This document shows, one piece after another, positions 1-11,750 of a DNA stretch of 64,000 bases. The position numbers were made by a program, and so were the translations under genes. The notes under the pieces are model-generated. The model did not search any database and was not told where the DNA came from. It saw only the letters and a program-made list of their open reading frames with translations. Source of the DNA: Raillietiella orientalis (lineage: Eukaryota). The stretch spans positions 1,302,001-1,366,000 of the forward strand of contig JAYWIR010000030.1 of assembly GCA_036172245.1 (NCBI GenBank), read 5' to 3'. The stretch's first letter is position 1. Each line of letters starts with the position of its first letter.

Positions 1-460
1 CCCGGTGCTTCTTTTCCGTTTCCGATCCTGTGAGGCTGAAAGGGACAGGGGACTTCGAGGGTGCACATCCGATTCGCTTTCCGTATCACCAGATCCGGTC
101 TAGGGACAGTCTTGTTGGCCGACAACGACCTCCATCCTGCAAGGTTCTTCGGCGCTGCCGATGGCCTTCCGACTATGACGGCGTCCCGAGCTGTGTATAG
201 GGGAGAACCAGGAGAATCTCCCTGCAGGGGCGCATCCCGGAAGCTATGCAAAAGATGCCTGGCTTCTGTGGCATCATGCGGGCAGGATATGGCATCCTTC
301 CCGGCGGCAGAGACAGCTGCCTCCAGAGCCTCGCTTCCTCCCAAGAGCGGGTTCCAAGCAGCGTCCTTTTAGAGAGAAAACGGGTAGAGAACCATGGAAA
401 GCACATTCGCTTCCAGAATGGACACTGGGATTCCTCTCATCCCGCCCAGATGAAAAACAA
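1..460 (-). mobile_element. Decayed Utopia/NeSL-type non-LTR retrotransposon fragment (restriction-like endonuclease region), runs off the window start
   Basis: Bases 1-200 match 9929-10128 with only 3 differences seen. The minus strand reads YTARDAVIVGRP...PRPDLVIRKANRMCTLEVPCPF, which fits the RHN and PD..D/E motifs of RLE elements. The extent beyond 200 is uncertain. Confidence 0.6.
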
Positions 461-495
461 CAGGGGAGTCGAGAAATCTTCTAATGTTGCGCAGA

Positions 496-960
496 TCAAG
501 TCAGCGAAATAAAGACGGATCGAGAAACTTCAGCAAGGTTCCCAATGTATCGAGGAAAAGGATCCTCAGAATAGACAGATGAACAAGAGACTTCAGAAGC
601 ACAGATTAACAAAATGGGAAATCCCTCAAGCTGAACGATTTGTATAAGCGAGCAAGGCCCGCCGGTGCTGTCAGAGCGTAGTCCTTTGAGTTGGACTCCT
701 ATGGGAAGAGCAGGGAGTAAGCAAGCCATGCAAGTAACGGGCGCAGTCGGAGGATCAATACTTCAGAGGGATGTATTTGCTAATCACATGTGAAAAGAGA
801 ATCAGTTGAGAGATCAGGATGGAACAGAAGTTGCATGATAAGCATCCAGACTTTGGTGCGTTTTGTGAAATAATCTTTGCCTGAGCCTATAAGAGATCAA
901 GCAAACGAGTGCAATATCTCCCGGAGACGGATGAGGAATACAAAGTGAAAAGGACATTTT
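496..960 (-). pseudogene. Candidate endogenous viral element: Mononegavirales-like L protein fragment
   Basis: ORF 496..729 has EGFPILL...PRYIGNLAEVSRSVF, similar in motif and spacing to the remembered rhabdovirus L segment WGHP...SYAKALASDLARIVL. By-eye match only; adjoining frames have stops. Confidence 0.3.
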
Positions 961-3900
961 AATTTAGGCATTCTGTCCGGGAAGAAGAAGGCAGTGGCCA
1001 CCCGACGGTTTTTTGATTTTTCATTTTTTTTTCGCACGGAAAAATATTCCACCAGAGATGGAACTGCATCCAGATCGAACCGCCAGGCAGGTCCACTTGA
1101 GTACCAGAAAAGGACGAAATTGGACTTTATTTGATTCGCCTTGCCGCAAATTTGCTGCTTTGATGAAACTGCTTTTTCCTGAGATCAGAATCACTTCGGA
1201 AATACCGAGAAGGGAGAGAGAGAGAGAGAGAATTCTCTACCGGAAGGTTTTTAGTTCTTGAGACGTTTCCGGCGAAGACGACAAGCACCCTTTTATAGGG
1301 AGGACCGTTCCCCATCGGTAGCTCTTTGGTGTTCACGCAGCAACAGGAATGTTTTCATCGCCTTAGTGAGCTCCGATCCGAGTTTATGAAGTAAGCAACC
1401 CGACGGAAAACGTGTGAAAGCAGCACATGAGCACATGTGAGCATTTGTGTGGGTCTCCGAGGCATACCGATGCGTGCACACACCCTCGAACATGTTTCTC
1501 CGTGTATACACATTCGTAATGAACGCGAACTTTCTCGACGTTTTTCTCCCCCTTTTTGCGCCATATTTTACTCTCCTCGTTCCAAAATATCCGCGAGGAG
1601 TTGAGATTTGATGATGAAGTGGTCACGTTTCACATTTGCAGGAGCGCGTGTCATTTTCCCATGTGGCTCTTAGTCATCTGGAAGCAAGGGCGCGCATCTC
1701 GTGCTGGAGGAACTTTTCGAAAGTCTGCAGAAGGCTCCGCCAAGTCTTCGCCTTTGTGCTCTGACCAACTTTCCTCCGCGAACAAGAGGGCGTTTATTGG
1801 ATCGAGCAGGCGAATGCTTAATTGGATTGAATTCGTCCCACCAATGTCCCATGTGAAGTCAGCAGCTTAGTAGCTTTGATGTCTTTCTTCTATAGCTTGT
1901 GCTCTGGTGTCGGCTTTACGTGGAACACTCTCACTGGACACACACTTTGGAGAACGCATAACTACCGTGTTTATACCGCTTGCACTGATTCCAACGGAGG
2001 CCGTCAACCCGCGTAACTGGTCTGCAGATCACCCCTGTTGATCTCATAGACATATTGCACGCTCTCCAGCATCAGTACCACGGCTGGGAGGCCGCTGTTC
2101 CACTCTCGTCCGGACCGTCTCAGTCCCCTGTTCACCGCCATCTCAGATTTCGGCAGGCTTCCGACTGCTTTCCATAGGCTTTCCATTTAAGTATAAATTT
2201 TTCTAGATGCTTATGAATAATCCATACTTCTGTTTAGGAGGTCGATGGCAGATCCGCGCCGCGCTTCCTCAGAGGACACCATCTTGAACACTGATGGCAC
2301 CTGTGACATCTGGCGGAACTCCAAGAAACTGTATTATTGAAGGGTATGGTGTTCGTAGATGAGCACGCTGGATTTTATTCTTTTTCCACAATTTGGTCTC
2401 TACAAATCGGAATTACGGAGAAAACTCATCCAGCCAGGTAGCAAACTATTTACATACACACCTTCAGCGTCATGATTACATATTGAGGTGCGTGTGCACA
2501 TACACATTTATGTGGGTATAGTTTTCAACTAGCAATAATTTATGTGCACGAATAACACACACGTATGGAGCGAGCTTACTGAGGATTTACGTTTGAGCAC
2601 CGATCATCAGACGCAACGCCACATTTCGTAATGGAAGCTGCAGTCAGTCAGGAAGTGTGCTCGTCTGTTTTTCTGGATACTCCCCCCCCCCCCAGCGAAA
2701 ACAGAACTTCTAAAGTGTTTTCTCAACTTTCCACGAAAGTACATTAATGCTCGTAAACGGCTGAAAAGGGTCGTGCATTTTGCTGCCCAAGGACTTTCCT
2801 AACGTCATTTTAATGCTGCAGGACCGAGTTGTTGTGTCGGCACCGAAAGAATCGAAAGAGATTCTTTCTAGCTTCTGAGCGCGTTTTTTAACCTGTAGCA
2901 TGCAATATCTTTTTTTTTTCTTTTTCTTTTTCGCAGCTGGGGAATCCTCCCTATTGGAAGTACGGTCAGCCGGAATGGGGCCGGAAGTGCACGACGATGG
3001 GAACATGGAGGAAAAGAGAGTCGAGTTGGATTTTTTTTTCCGGGCCGACTTGGGCTTTTCCCTTTGCAGGCCTCGCAAACTTGTCAGAAGGCAAGAAGAA
3101 TGCAGAGCACAGAGAGGGGATGCTGGTCTTCTTCCTCTTGACGAAGAGCTCCCAGTAAACCGCCGCAGCCAGCGGCCTCCACGTGGGGGAGCGGAGGCGC
3201 GTAGCAGCACAAGAAAAATGCAAAGCATTTTCTGTCTCTTGCTGTTGTGGGTTCCAGGAATTTCCAAAAGAGCATCGCGTGTGTGTGTATTGCACTTTAT
3301 TAGAAACGGCACTGCGCCCGACTCCCCGTGCAAATTCAAAATGAGTAATCGAGAGAGAACGTTTTTTTTTTTTTGTTTTTGAGGTCTGTCGGAATCCAGG
3401 TCTTCCAGAATATTAGATGTGACGGATCCCTCTTTTCCCGAAATGACAGCAAAATTAGCAGCCCCCAGAAGTGCCCTCTTGGACGCGGAAAGTGTTTTGT
3501 TCTACGAGGCAAACTCGAAATTAGGTGATGAAGAGGGAACGGAGCACCCGAAAAGCAGAAGGCTTCTTCTTCCTTCTTTTTTTGGCTTTTTTTTTTCCCC
3601 CATTCCTTTCATCATCTTCTTGCATCTTCACAAATCACAGGTTCCTGCTTCAGTCGTTTCTCCTACGGATTTTCAAATTGTTTAAACAGCAAAAGGATCA
3701 GGATCAGCAGGAATTCGCTAATACCATTTATAGTTTCGAACATGCTCATTTGTTTCATTTCGGAACGTATCACTGATACGCTGACAGCCCCATGAATAAT
3801 ACATGCTGCATAGCCATCTCCGCGAAGAGATTCGTTGTATCTCTCTGCTCCTTCCTAGCACGAGCCTCTCTGTGTGAAAATTTAGGGGTGGAAAGTTTTC

Positions 3901-5771
3901 GGGAGTTTAGGGCGAAATATGCGAGCGATTCATGGGAAGGCTCGGAGATTCGAAGAGACGCGGTTGCACATTCCTCTCATCCCTCCAGGCTCCAGGCGCA
4001 GCACGTGCTCCAGGATCGTACCGTCGAAAATCCGTGTCGCCCGAAGGAGCGCGCAGCACGGTGGCAGCAGCAAGAGATGCTGCCTCAGAAACGACTCGCC
4101 CTCTCCACGAGCGTTTTGTAGAGGCGTGGTGTTTGGGAGGGAGGAGAGGGGAGCGGATGTGCTGACTCGCTCCGGTGGGTTTCGAACTTTCCAGCGATGC
4201 GCTTCCCCGCATTAGCATGATGACTGCTGCCCAAACGCAGGCAGTCTATCTTTGCGAGCTATCAGGAAAAGAGCAAATCTGAAGATTTCACGCCATTATT
4301 AATTAATAGGGCTTCCGGGGTCTGCTCGTCAATTTGCAGCAAACTCGGTCGGCCTGGAGCCTTCAGCCGGATTCCCATACGTCTGAATTAAAGAGTGATG
4401 CCGCGGAGATTCGAAACACGGTTTTCGAGAGATCTTCGCGGGAGCACAGGAAGGTGCCCGAGTCTGAACGCACGTTTCCAGAGGAGCGACGGCTTCGCAT
4501 GCGAAGTGCCACAGCCCTTTTCCCCATTTAACTGGGATTCGACCCGGGAGCAGGGGCGAATGGATCCGTTCGCAAAGAGGACGCCTTCGCACTCCCACGC
4601 AGTCCAGATACGGATGCGGCCCGCTTCGGAAGAACACACACGTTGCAAACTTCTCCTATTGCACAACCCGATCCCCAAACCTCGACTTCCGGTTCCGCGA
4701 AGGAGCCAGCTTGCCCAGAATTCGCTGTCAGCGTTCTTCTCTGCACTTGAAAGGTTGCTGCATTTTCGCAGAGCGCAGGCAGTTCTCCTGGTAATGCCCT
4801 GCGTATTGACGGCACTAAAAATTTGATGCTCCCGCCATGCTTTTAAGCAGAAGATAGTGGTATTTTTCTTAAATGAAGCTGAAGTGGAACATCCATACAT
4901 TCTTTCAGCATGGATCATTATCATGGACCCTCCTTTTATGTCGCCCGCTTTATCGAGGAAGTATTACGAGGAATCTTTTAGGACGCGGGTGGTACGAAAC
5001 TGCATCCGAATCAAGGTTCGCAAACTGCGAATGAAGATTCGGCCGTTACTGCTGCGGAGCTGTGCTCCGTCGCCTTGGTTCCCATCTCGGCCATGAACTC
5101 GGGAAACTTCAGGAACGGCACCAGCCGGAACTGTCAGAATTGTTCTCAGCAGTTGTGTAGAAACTTCCGTTCTTCCGAGCTGTCATCGGTTCCTCAAGCG
5201 ATGGTTCCTCAGGTGGTTGGAATGAGCGCTCGTCTCCCACCTAATCCGACCGTTGAGAAGTTGACCGATTTTCCGGGACACTGGAGCTGACCTTTCCCGT
5301 AAAATTCTTCGCGGAACGCTCGGAATCTCCGCTTCGACTCGTAGAACACTCGGGACCGCCGTTCGACCTCGGCAAATGAATCCTTTCGCTCCCTTTCCCC
5401 CATAAAGAGTTAAATATTTGCTCGTTTTCCTAATCCTCTGGCTGCTTGTTTCCGCTTGGATTTTCTCTGAGCCAGAAGTGAAATTTTGAGTGATGGACTG
5501 AGGTTCCATGCGGATTAATCTGAGTGAATTCCTCTACACGAAAGGTCGAAATCGCTCTCTTCTAGTTGTTTCTTTCCTCGTTTCCATTGATCTTTCAACA
5601 GCTTCTGAGAATTCCGTTGCCACTTTGCAGGGTGGGATGGGGTGAGGTGGGGGGACAACTCTCTACATATCCTTCTCGTCTTGCCGGATTTGTTTAATAT
5701 TTCTCCTCGGAAGACCGCTAATAAAAGATGCTTTTGCTGCTTCTTTCCATTTTCTTCACGGTTTGCTTCAA

Positions 5772-5805
<34 letters not shown>

Positions 5806-7049
5806 GTCTGAGCATCTATCAACAGATGTAACAAATGGCTTCCAAGTAAGCAGGCAAAAAGCGGCGTACACGGATCTGATTTATTCTGAGTACCACAAAA
5901 CCTCCCGTTGCCTGGAAATAACTGAGGAGCAAAGACAAATCCGCCCTTTCCATTCCTTCCTTTTAGAACTGATAGGGGCAGCTATCCTCCAAGAAAGGTA
6001 GAAATGCATGGAATCCGTTTGAAGACCAGAGCTTGTTCCGTGGTTGCCAAAGATGGCGAGCGGTTTGGGCTCAGAGCATTTTAACAGCCGTTGTGGGAAA
6101 CGTAGGCCGTTCCAAAGAAGCCATTCGAGAGAGGGGAAGCAGGAAGGAAAATTTGAATACGAGCAACCGGAAAGCCAAGCACCGCTGTCGAGCAGATGGA
6201 GTTGTCTCAAACAAGAACCCATCTCAGCATTCGTTTTTTATTTCCTCTGCACCTCTTGAGCCGCCTTGTTGTTCTTCCATTTCAGAAAATGAGGAGATTC
6301 AATTTATCTTCCAAATGCCTCGAGGATTTCATTCACAGCACGTATCATGTGGGGTCGAGTCTGAACTTGTGGTCTATCACGTTACTCTAACAACCAAGTC
6401 GTCTTCTGTACGAGGTCTGTGAAATTTAAATTTCAGCCATCGATTCCAATACACTTGAAAAAGCAAACAATCGTTCCAAAGCGATGCCACCATCGAGCGA
6501 GGCGCAAGGATTGGAAGCTGTGATCTGCGCCAGCAGATCCCCGGGACGAACACAGAACTCGGATCTGACACAAATGACAAACCGGAAATCAAAAAATCTT
6601 GGGGTTCTAATTGTGAGCAAATAAAAAAAAAAATTGTCGCGAAAGTTTCCCTCGGCAGCTGGAACCCAAATCAAAAGAACTGCCATAATTTCTGAAATTT
6701 AACAGCAGGGATGCTTGAAATAGCACAGCTTTCTTTTAGAATTGGTAGTTCTCTTGGCCTCTGTGAAAAGTAGTCGGGAACCGTGTTTACCTTTGGGATT
6801 TGGGCCATGGGATTTGTTATGAGAACAAACAGAAGTGTTTTTTACCCAAAGCATATATTTCCTTTGGAAATGTATTCTCACGAATGCATGGATGCGGTGC
6901 GATGCATCCAGAGATACATGAGATGTAGCTATGAAACAGACAACTCTGCTCCAGTTGCCAACAAGTCTGGAAACCGCTACCACTGCATTTGCCGCGATCA
7001 AATCAGGAGCCAATGACATCAAAATACGGGAGGAGGCTGTTGTGAGTTA

Positions 7050-7490
7050 TGATGGAAGATCATCCGCGGAAACTTTGGGATCGTCGTAGGTGAAGAAACG
7101 ACCGCCTGCGTGCACCCAGAACCTACGCATCCATCGCAGCAATCATACGACACTGCTCATGACCAACTGACCATCGTGTCTTTCGTTTGAAAGTGCACGG
7201 TAATAAAGGCACACTCTCTTACATCGGAAACAAATACCTGTCCTCTCTTGGCTGTCGTCTAAGGGTAGCTGCTGAACCACTGTTCATCTCGGCAAGTAAA
7301 TTCGTGTGGTTAATTCGCCGCTTGAGGAAGCAATGAAGATCAAGCTTCTCTTCAGTGTTAAGTGCAATGCGGATGCAATTCGAATTCCACTTCAAGATCC
7401 AAGAAAGACTCGCTGAAGAAGGAACGGTTTATCAGAACGGTTCCCAACTTTCCACTGGAGCGTCTCGTACCAGTTCCTTCTTGGCTGCCT
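7050..7490 (-). pseudogene. Second, more decayed copy of the candidate virga-like methyltransferase fragment
   Basis: 7367-7475 aligns without gaps to 8713-8821. The minus frame is GKLGTVLINRSFFSESFLDLEVEFELHPH versus GKLGTDLINRSFSSEAFLDLEVESKLHPH, with several synonymous changes (ccg/cca, aac/aat, ctg/cta, acc/aca, ttg/ctg). Frameshift and stops follow. Confidence 0.3.
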
Positions 7491-7760
7491 CACGTTCTGA
7501 CGAAAATATTTTCAATTCAGTTAAATTTTCATATAAAGAAGAGTCTTTTGGGAAATCACTATGTGAGTGGCATCCCACCTTCCCAAAATCTATCCAGTAA
7601 TATGTGGGATCAGCTTATCTTGATTCCGACCTAAAATCAGGTGTTTTTTTCTTTCCATTTTCTTTCCTGTTTGTGCTCTAAAACTATACCAGCACGAACT
7701 CATGAGATTTGTCGCTATCTTTGCTGACTACTTGTCGATACTAAGGAATGCCTGAAGCAA

Positions 7761-8454
7761 TTAAAATGTGTGCTGCAACCCAGAGAAACCCTTGGCATCG
7801 TGGCGAACGAACAGTTGCCAGCACCACTTGGTGGTGCTGGCAACTAGCTTTATGCTCAGCGCCAAAGCAAACATTCGAGTGGCAGATGACTGGCTTCTGG
7901 CGGACTTCTGTATTTTAGTGGTCGATGATGAAATGAACAAATTGAGATCAGCACAACAGAACCTCTGATAAGGACAGCAAAAAAACACTGCGAAAGTGAG
8001 GGACCACCACGGAAAGTCCAAGAAAGACTGGGAGAACAGGATGGCAACTAAAATGGATGGCAACCCTAATGCGCTAAGAGGGAAAAGTGATCACCTTTAC
8101 TATCACGAGAAATCACCTTCCTCTTAACTTATCATCCATATAAGCTGAATACGACCAACACCAGTAGATGTAGCTGCTCTTCCTGTCTTCAAGAGTCACG
8201 CGATAGTAATTACTGATAGGAGATGGAAATTCTAAGATTTGATAAATCCCACCGCAGACAAATATGAGGACAAGCCAGAATCGCAACGAAAAACATAAAT
8301 GCGCACGAGTCCAGAGTTGCTCATCACAAGCCTTCGAGTGGGTTTTGCCCTCTTCATTTAACGCGAGAAAAAAGCAGATTGCTTCTAGTGAAAGAAATCT
8401 GAATCGAATATGTTGAAGGTCATGAGGGACCAAGTACCAATGCTTAATTTCCAA
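7761..8454 (-). pseudogene. Decayed hydrophobic, membrane-protein-like coding relic of unknown origin
   Basis: Two consecutive minus ORFs with TM-like stretches (LCFSLRFWLVLIFVCGGIY; LPSILVAILFSQSFLDFPWWSLTFAVFF). No family recognised. Confidence 0.2.
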
Positions 8455-8459
8455 TCACA

Positions 8460-8838
8460 TCTGAAGGCAACAAACGATGCGAAATCACCTCAAGAGCTGA
8501 GCTTCCTTGCTGCAGGAGTGCCACAGTGCGACAGCTTTCAACAGATGCGGAGTGATAGGCAGACGCGAAGCTTGGAATATGGAGGTGCTGGAGGTGAAGA
8601 GAACGGTACAACCCAGAAGCATTCTGTGGGCTGCAAATCCCACCCTTGAGCTAAGGTCCAGCTCTAAAACTACACCTGCACGAACTGCTGGCATCTCTGC
8701 AATATTAAGTGTATGTGGATGCAATTTAGATTCCACTTCAAGATCCAAGAAAGCCTCGCTGGAGAAGGAACGATTTATTAGGTCTGTTCCCAGCTTTCCA
8801 CTCAAGTGTCTCATACCAGTTCTTATCCCATCGATCAC
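8460..8838 (-). pseudogene. Candidate endogenous viral element: alphavirus-supergroup (virga-like) replicase N-terminal methyltransferase
   Basis: ORF 8485..8838 has KLGTDLINRSFSSEA, FAAHRMLL and HLLKAVALWHSC in the order and approximate spacing of the remembered tobamovirus motifs SLVNDLAKRRLYDTA, LAGGLRSL and HLFKGRAYVHCC. The DIGG motif is not preserved. Confidence 0.45.
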
Positions 8839-9570
8839 ATCGCATTCATGAATTCATGAGAATGCATTTCCATTTGGTCGTCTTGTTCTGCCAAGAATGT
8901 CCTTCGTGGGTTCCTAGTTCTCAGCATCGTTCTTGCAGTCGCAAATCGTGGGTATCCATTTGAGAGCAGTGATTCTTTTTGGGAGGCGTGCACGACTCGA
9001 GGTCAAGAGATAGCGACGATGGTGGGCAAGGATTGCACCAATTGAGGAATTGTCGCTTCTGAGCTGCAGATGTGAAGCAGAATATGCCTCGGATCCTGAC
9101 TTGAACTGCGGCTGGACCGTAGGAAGTACGATGACCATTTGCACTTCATAGGGTTGATCACGCAAGGTCACTGTGATCATCATATTCTTCTTCCTGTACG
9201 AGTCCTCATTTCCTTGAAAGGGAGGAGGTGTTAAAGTGATGATACTTCCAGAGGAGAGAGAGAGAACGACAATAGGATAGAAGGGGAATAGTAGGTTGAG
9301 ATCTGAAGATCTCAACCGTGACAAAAGGCAACACTGTGACATCAGACAGAAAAGAAGTTACAAATGTGACAGAAAAGAAGACAACGATGATTTGATTCTT
9401 CACAGGAGCCAAAAATATACAGTAGTAGCGACACGAAGTCTTTGAGAAAGCATCTAAGAATAAGAACGAAGCACTAACAAGTTGATAAGAACCGACTCCA
9501 CCCTTCGGGTTGTTGCTCAAACACACACGCCACACTTTGAATTGAAAGATTACGCAACGCGATGACACTG

Positions 9571-9590
9571 ATTAAGCCCACGAGAGCAGA
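9571..9590 (-). other. U2 snRNA-like target remnant at the Utopia 3' junction
   Basis: The minus strand directly after AAATAAAA reads TCTGCTCTCGTGGGCTTAAT, similar to the U2 segment TCTGTTCTTATCAG(C/T)TTAAT that follows the known Utopia insertion site. Not a full U2 gene. Confidence 0.45.
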
Positions 9591-10128
9591 TTTTATTTCC
9601 CCAACTGCATTGCAGATATGCGAAGAAATTGAACCGGATGGCTCCTCCGAGTCTCTCTTTCGTGGGCTAACAGAGTGCTCAGTCTTCATGTGCTGAGAGA
9701 AGGACTCTCTTCTTCTTCCGCTGCTGTTCCCTTACGCAGATTGATAGGGTCATCTGGGAGGTGTCCGAAACGGTGTGTCCAGCAGATATCCCTGTCTCAT
9801 GGATACATCAAGCGACGCATTGTTTTCTCATACCGGTTCGTTTCGTGGGTCCCCCTATGCTGGCGCACCTGCAAGAAACGTACGCAGGTGAGCCTGAAGA
9901 CCTTTTCTCGTGAGCAGCAAGGCGATCTCCCGGTGCTTCCTTTCCGTTTCCGATCCTGTGAGGCTGAAAGGGACAGGGGACTTCGAGGGTGCACATCCGA
10001 TTCGCTTTCCGTATCACCAGATCCGGTCTAGGGACAGTCTTGTTGGCCGACAACGACCTCCATCCTGCAAGGTTCTTCGGCGCTGCCGATGGCCTTCCGA
10101 CTATGACGTCATCCCGAGCTGTGTATAG
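9591..10128 (-). mobile_element. Utopia/NeSL-type non-LTR retrotransposon 3' fragment (RLE domain, 3' UTR, A-rich tail), frameshifted
   Basis: Across frames: YTARDDVIVGRP, RPDLVIRKANRMCTLEVPCPF, KHREIALLLTRKGLQAHLRTFLAGAPA*GDPRNE and RYEKTMRRLMYP*DRDICWTHRFGH. This resembles the Utopia C-terminus (GALGxWDPxNE...MRRLMVSDTIRWSRDIYxEH). It ends in AAATAAAA plus a U2-like flank. Confidence 0.75.
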
Positions 10129-10129
10129 A

Positions 10130-10607
10130 AGAGAATAACTCATACATTGGTTCAGAACGTAAGGCAGGTTCTCATTCCAAAATACACGGCCTGCGGCATG
10201 ATCTTTCTGCTTGGGCCTTCTGGGCAGGCCCCGAATTGGAAGCAGGTTCAGTCTTGAGGCATGGATGAACTGGTGGTCAGCAGAGCGGAGATGAACTTCA
10301 GTTGTTGAGGAGTAACTATGAAGTCCAGTGCACTGCACAGCCTTTTCTTGGAGCTGAATGTTCGTCCATCCGCGTTCTCTTCTTGCGTAACGTACCGCAG
10401 CAGTGATGAGTTGTCATGAGTGCATGAGTCTTGCGGAGGGGAGGGAATGGGCAATCGCAGCCTTGAGGTGGATAGAAGGTTCCATCTTAAGCGCTCATCA
10501 CTACGGCTTTTTTGTATTTTGACCATCACAGATAAGGTTGGCATGAATAAGAACGGATTACAGGGACTGTGACTTGGATAAGGAGAATGGTGATTCGGTG
10601 ACATCAT
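10130..10607 (-). pseudogene. Candidate endogenous viral element: Mononegavirales-like L capping-domain fragment
   Basis: ERLRWNLL..PIPSPPQD followed, after a frame change, by GLHSYSSTTE...HASRL loosely parallels the LR..SW..P.P.E / YLGSxT / A.RL motifs. Weak, by eye. Confidence 0.22.
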
Positions 10608-10699
10608 TGGATTCTTTTTCGGGTTTCCTTTCTCACTTGGTCACGCTGATGTGTTTCTTTCTTTTCAAAAAAATGCGAAAGAAACTTGCGAAAACTTGG

Positions 10700-11750
10700 C
10701 AACCCGCGTTGTCAACCGCGTGGCCCTGAGCGTCGAGGGTTCGAATCCCCACGTGGAGGATCGACGCTAGAGAAGATGGGGATGCGTCGTGGGTTTCCAG
10801 TTTACCTTGCAAGATGACGCTGGTTCAACTGTTCGGGTGCGACACTGGTTGATACCCGGTCACGCTGGAGCATTTTATTTCTAAACCTACATGTCTATGA
10901 TAGAACGTTTGATCCTGCCACGTTACTCATAACTACGGGAAGGAACCTGCCGGGAAGTGGCACGCAGGCCAGCGGGCTCGCCCCGGCAGCAGAGGGAAAG
11001 GGAAAACAAGCAAAAAGAAAAAAAAGGAAACAACATACAGTCAAAAAAATGGGAGGGGTTCGAGAAAGGATCACTGTGTGCTGGAGGGCGCCCTCTGCAT
11101 CCTTGTAAGGACGCCGGCAAGTTCCTGTTTTATGGGTCCCAGATGGGCCATATGTCCTCATGAAGAGGATAGCCAAATAGATGGTGTCCCTATCGTTCTA
11201 GTTTCCTCTGGTATTGGTCCATGCAGCCACGATCCCACCTTGTGGGCAGCAAAGTGCTGCTAGGAATGCGGCACTAGTGGCAGCTGGAAACTCCGAATGC
11301 CCCCGTTGGCTGGTCGGGATGAGAAGTCGACCCTCCCTCCGAGGTCCCTCCAGGAACCAAGGAGCTAGTCGGTTTCCTTCGAGATTTTTCCTCTGGTTTC
11401 GAAATAGAGATTTCTTCCTCCCCTCAGGGCCCCTCAGACCCTCCATCGGCGTATCATGGAACTGTTTGGTCGGTATCTCTACAGAGTGTCAAGAAGTGCG
11501 CTGCTCTCTTCAGGGTGCACCCCTCCGAGAAAATGGGAAGCGTTCTCTTAGGGATTCTCTTCACAGGGGTAAGCAGGGAGCGCGAAGCTTTTCCGGGGGT
11601 CCCTCCAGAGGAGAAATTCAGGAGGGAATTCCTTTGGGATTATCTTCAGAGAAGAAACGAGGAGCAACCCTCCTCTGGGGTGACCACCGGAGAGAATAAG
11701 GAAGAGGTTCCCTTCGGGGTTTCCTACCAAGCTTAGGAATCCAGACTTCC
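10700..11750 (+). mobile_element. tRNA-headed SINE-like host repeat, copy 1 (interrupted by a Tx1-like insertion)
   Basis: B box GGTTCGAATCC at 10738-10748. The body is shared with copies at 37.0, 47.1, 58.3 and 62.3 kb. It resumes at 11267 and ends in degenerate ~35-45 bp tandem units (about 11500-11750). Confidence 0.65.
10850..11266 (-). mobile_element. Tx1/L1-like non-LTR retrotransposon, 5'-truncated (~420 bp), in the host-repeat target site
   Basis: Homologous to the 3' part of 47186-48366. Flanked by gggtgcgacactggt (10835-10849) and tgcggcactagt (11267-11278). Confidence 0.8.

Noticed and set aside
5774..5802. Homopolymer runs (poly-T here, poly-G near 20872, poly-A near 40163)
   Set aside because: Ordinary simple sequence that produces the poly-K/poly-F stretches in spurious ORFs.
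6090..6222. Retroviral-type aspartyl protease motif LLDSGA on the minus strand
   Set aside because: A single short motif with no adjoining RT or integrase that I could verify.
7150..7260. YqaJ/lambda-exonuclease-like motif RGQVFVSDVRECAFITV
   Set aside because: No upstream SPDG/EIKCP motifs, and another frame fits the methyltransferase interpretation better.
1..10128. LTR retrotransposon bounded by the 200-bp direct repeats
   Set aside because: The repeat encodes RLE endonuclease motifs, lacks TG..CA ends, PBS and PPT, and no colinear gag-pol lies between the copies.
10700..10760. tRNA gene at the GGTTCGAATCC motifs (also 37084, 47073, 58311, 62283)
   Set aside because: I could not build a cloverleaf, the A-box regions are divergent, and the motif is always followed by the same repeat body. 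Treated as a SINE-like head.
11500..11750. CRISPR-like array
   Set aside because: The units are degenerate tandem repeats without constant repeats and unique spacers. The context is eukaryotic and there are no cas genes.
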